From Gemmatimonadaceae bacterium (lineage in GTDB: Bacteria > Gemmatimonadota > Gemmatimonadetes > Gemmatimonadales > Gemmatimonadaceae): DNA of 16,309 nucleotides. The notes under the pieces were generated by a model, which was not told where the DNA came from, ran no database searches, and worked only from the letters and a program-made list of their open reading frames with translations. Of this stretch, positions 15,843-16,309 are shown piece after piece. The stretch covers positions 1-16,309 of the forward strand of contig JANRJP010000033.1 of assembly GCA_033763905.1 (NCBI GenBank). Direction: 5' to 3'. Position numbers and translations under genes: made by a program. The stretch's first letter is position 1. The number at the start of each line of letters is the position of its first letter.

Positions 15843-16073
15843 GCCGATCCCGGATTCCGCTCCGCTTCATCCGGGCTACGAAAGGGAAGAGCCTCCGCGC
15901 TTTCGTAGCCCGGAAGGAGCGCGTAGCGCGGAATCCGGGGAGGCGTGGCACGAACTCATCGCAGAGCCGCCGAAACGCCGATCCCGGATTCCGCTCCGCT
16001 TCTTCCGGGCTACGCGGGGTGAGAGGCACCGAGGTTTCGTAGCCCGGAAGCAGCGCGAAGCACGTAATCCGGG
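15843..16073. repeat. Array of four GTAG-family REP palindromes in alternating orientation (BIME/REPIN-like), two 134-bp units
   Basis: REP1 (-) 15849-15879 and REP3 (-) 15983-16013 read GTAGCCCGGA(T/A)GAAGCGGAGCGGAATCCGGG. REP2 (+) 15905-15939 is GTAGCCCGGAAGGAGCGCGTAGCGCGGAATCCGGG and REP4 (+) 16039-16073 is GTAGCCCGGAAGCAGCGCGAAGCACGTAATCCGGG. Each has a 5' GTAG followed by a CCCGGA...TCCGGG hairpin. Segments 15843-15880 and 15977-16014 differ at one base. Confidence 0.9.
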
Positions 16074-16086
16074 TCGCCAACCGTTT

Positions 16087-16309
16087 TCAGAACCGCAGTT
16101 CGAAATTAAGCACGCCGAGCAGTTGCCGGTCCTCGCGCGCGATGCCGCGGCTGTCGACGGCGAACAGGCTGCCGCCGCCGGTGTAGATGTCGTATTTCAA
16201 TTCCGGTCGCACGAGCAGTTGCGGCAGCGCTTCCCAGGCAAGGTTCGCAGTCAGTGCATAAACATCTCCGCCACCGGCACCGACCCCGCCGAAGGTGACG
16301 TTCGCCGCG
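16087..16309 (-). CDS. C-terminal 73 aa of an outer-membrane beta-barrel protein, probably a BBP2 (putative beta-barrel porin-2, OmpL-like) family porin; 5' part outside the window
   Basis: Manual translation: AANVTFGGVGAGGGDVYALTANLAWEALPQLLVRPELKYDIYTGGGSLFAVDSRGIAREDRQLLGVLNFELRF-stop (TGA at 16089-16087). It shows amphipathic strands, a terminal Phe BAM signal, and the Y-x-LT-x-N-x-x-W...L-x-VRPE-x-(K/R)YD pattern that I associate with BBP2 porins. Confidence 0.8.
   Translation of the reverse strand, partial: AANVTFGGVGAGGGDVYALTANLAWEALPQLLVRPELKYDIYTGGGSLFAVDSRGIAREDRQLLGVLNFELRF

Noticed and set aside
15843..16073. Possible CRISPR array
   Set aside because: The repeats alternate in orientation, the two short linkers are homologous to each other, each unit has the GTAG-plus-hairpin REP signature, and no cas genes are in the window.
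15739..16080. 113-aa (-) and 88-aa (+, 15776-16042) ORFs in the intergenic region
   Set aside because: They run through the REP array and their sequence is simply translated palindromes, with no protein-like features.

Overview
High-GC, probably proteobacterial DNA, almost entirely occupied by a minus-strand two-partner (type Vb) secretion operon. It has a giant 4666-aa TpsA exoprotein (15592->1592) of the filamentous haemagglutinin / LktA-like filamentous adhesin type. The TpsA stop overlaps the TTG start of a TpsB/ShlB/FhaC-type Omp85 transporter (1595->off the left edge), which is missing from the ORF track because it has no stop in the window. Upstream is a 494-bp intergenic region containing a structured 5' leader, a Crp/Fnr-like box, a cluster of TGTCA/TGACA motifs and four alternating GTAG-type REP palindromes in a 134-bp tandem duplication. 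The right edge holds the 3' end of an outer-membrane beta-barrel porin gene (16309->16087). The system class (TPS) is well known, and I cannot show from sequence alone that anything here is a new system. The least explained parts are the tpsA leader (anti-SD switch, (ARN)6 tract, QQQQ/PPN micro-ORF) and several non-beta-helix modules inside TpsA, especially a Cys-closed aromatic hairpin. All coordinates, translations and GC counts beyond the supplied ORF track were done by hand.
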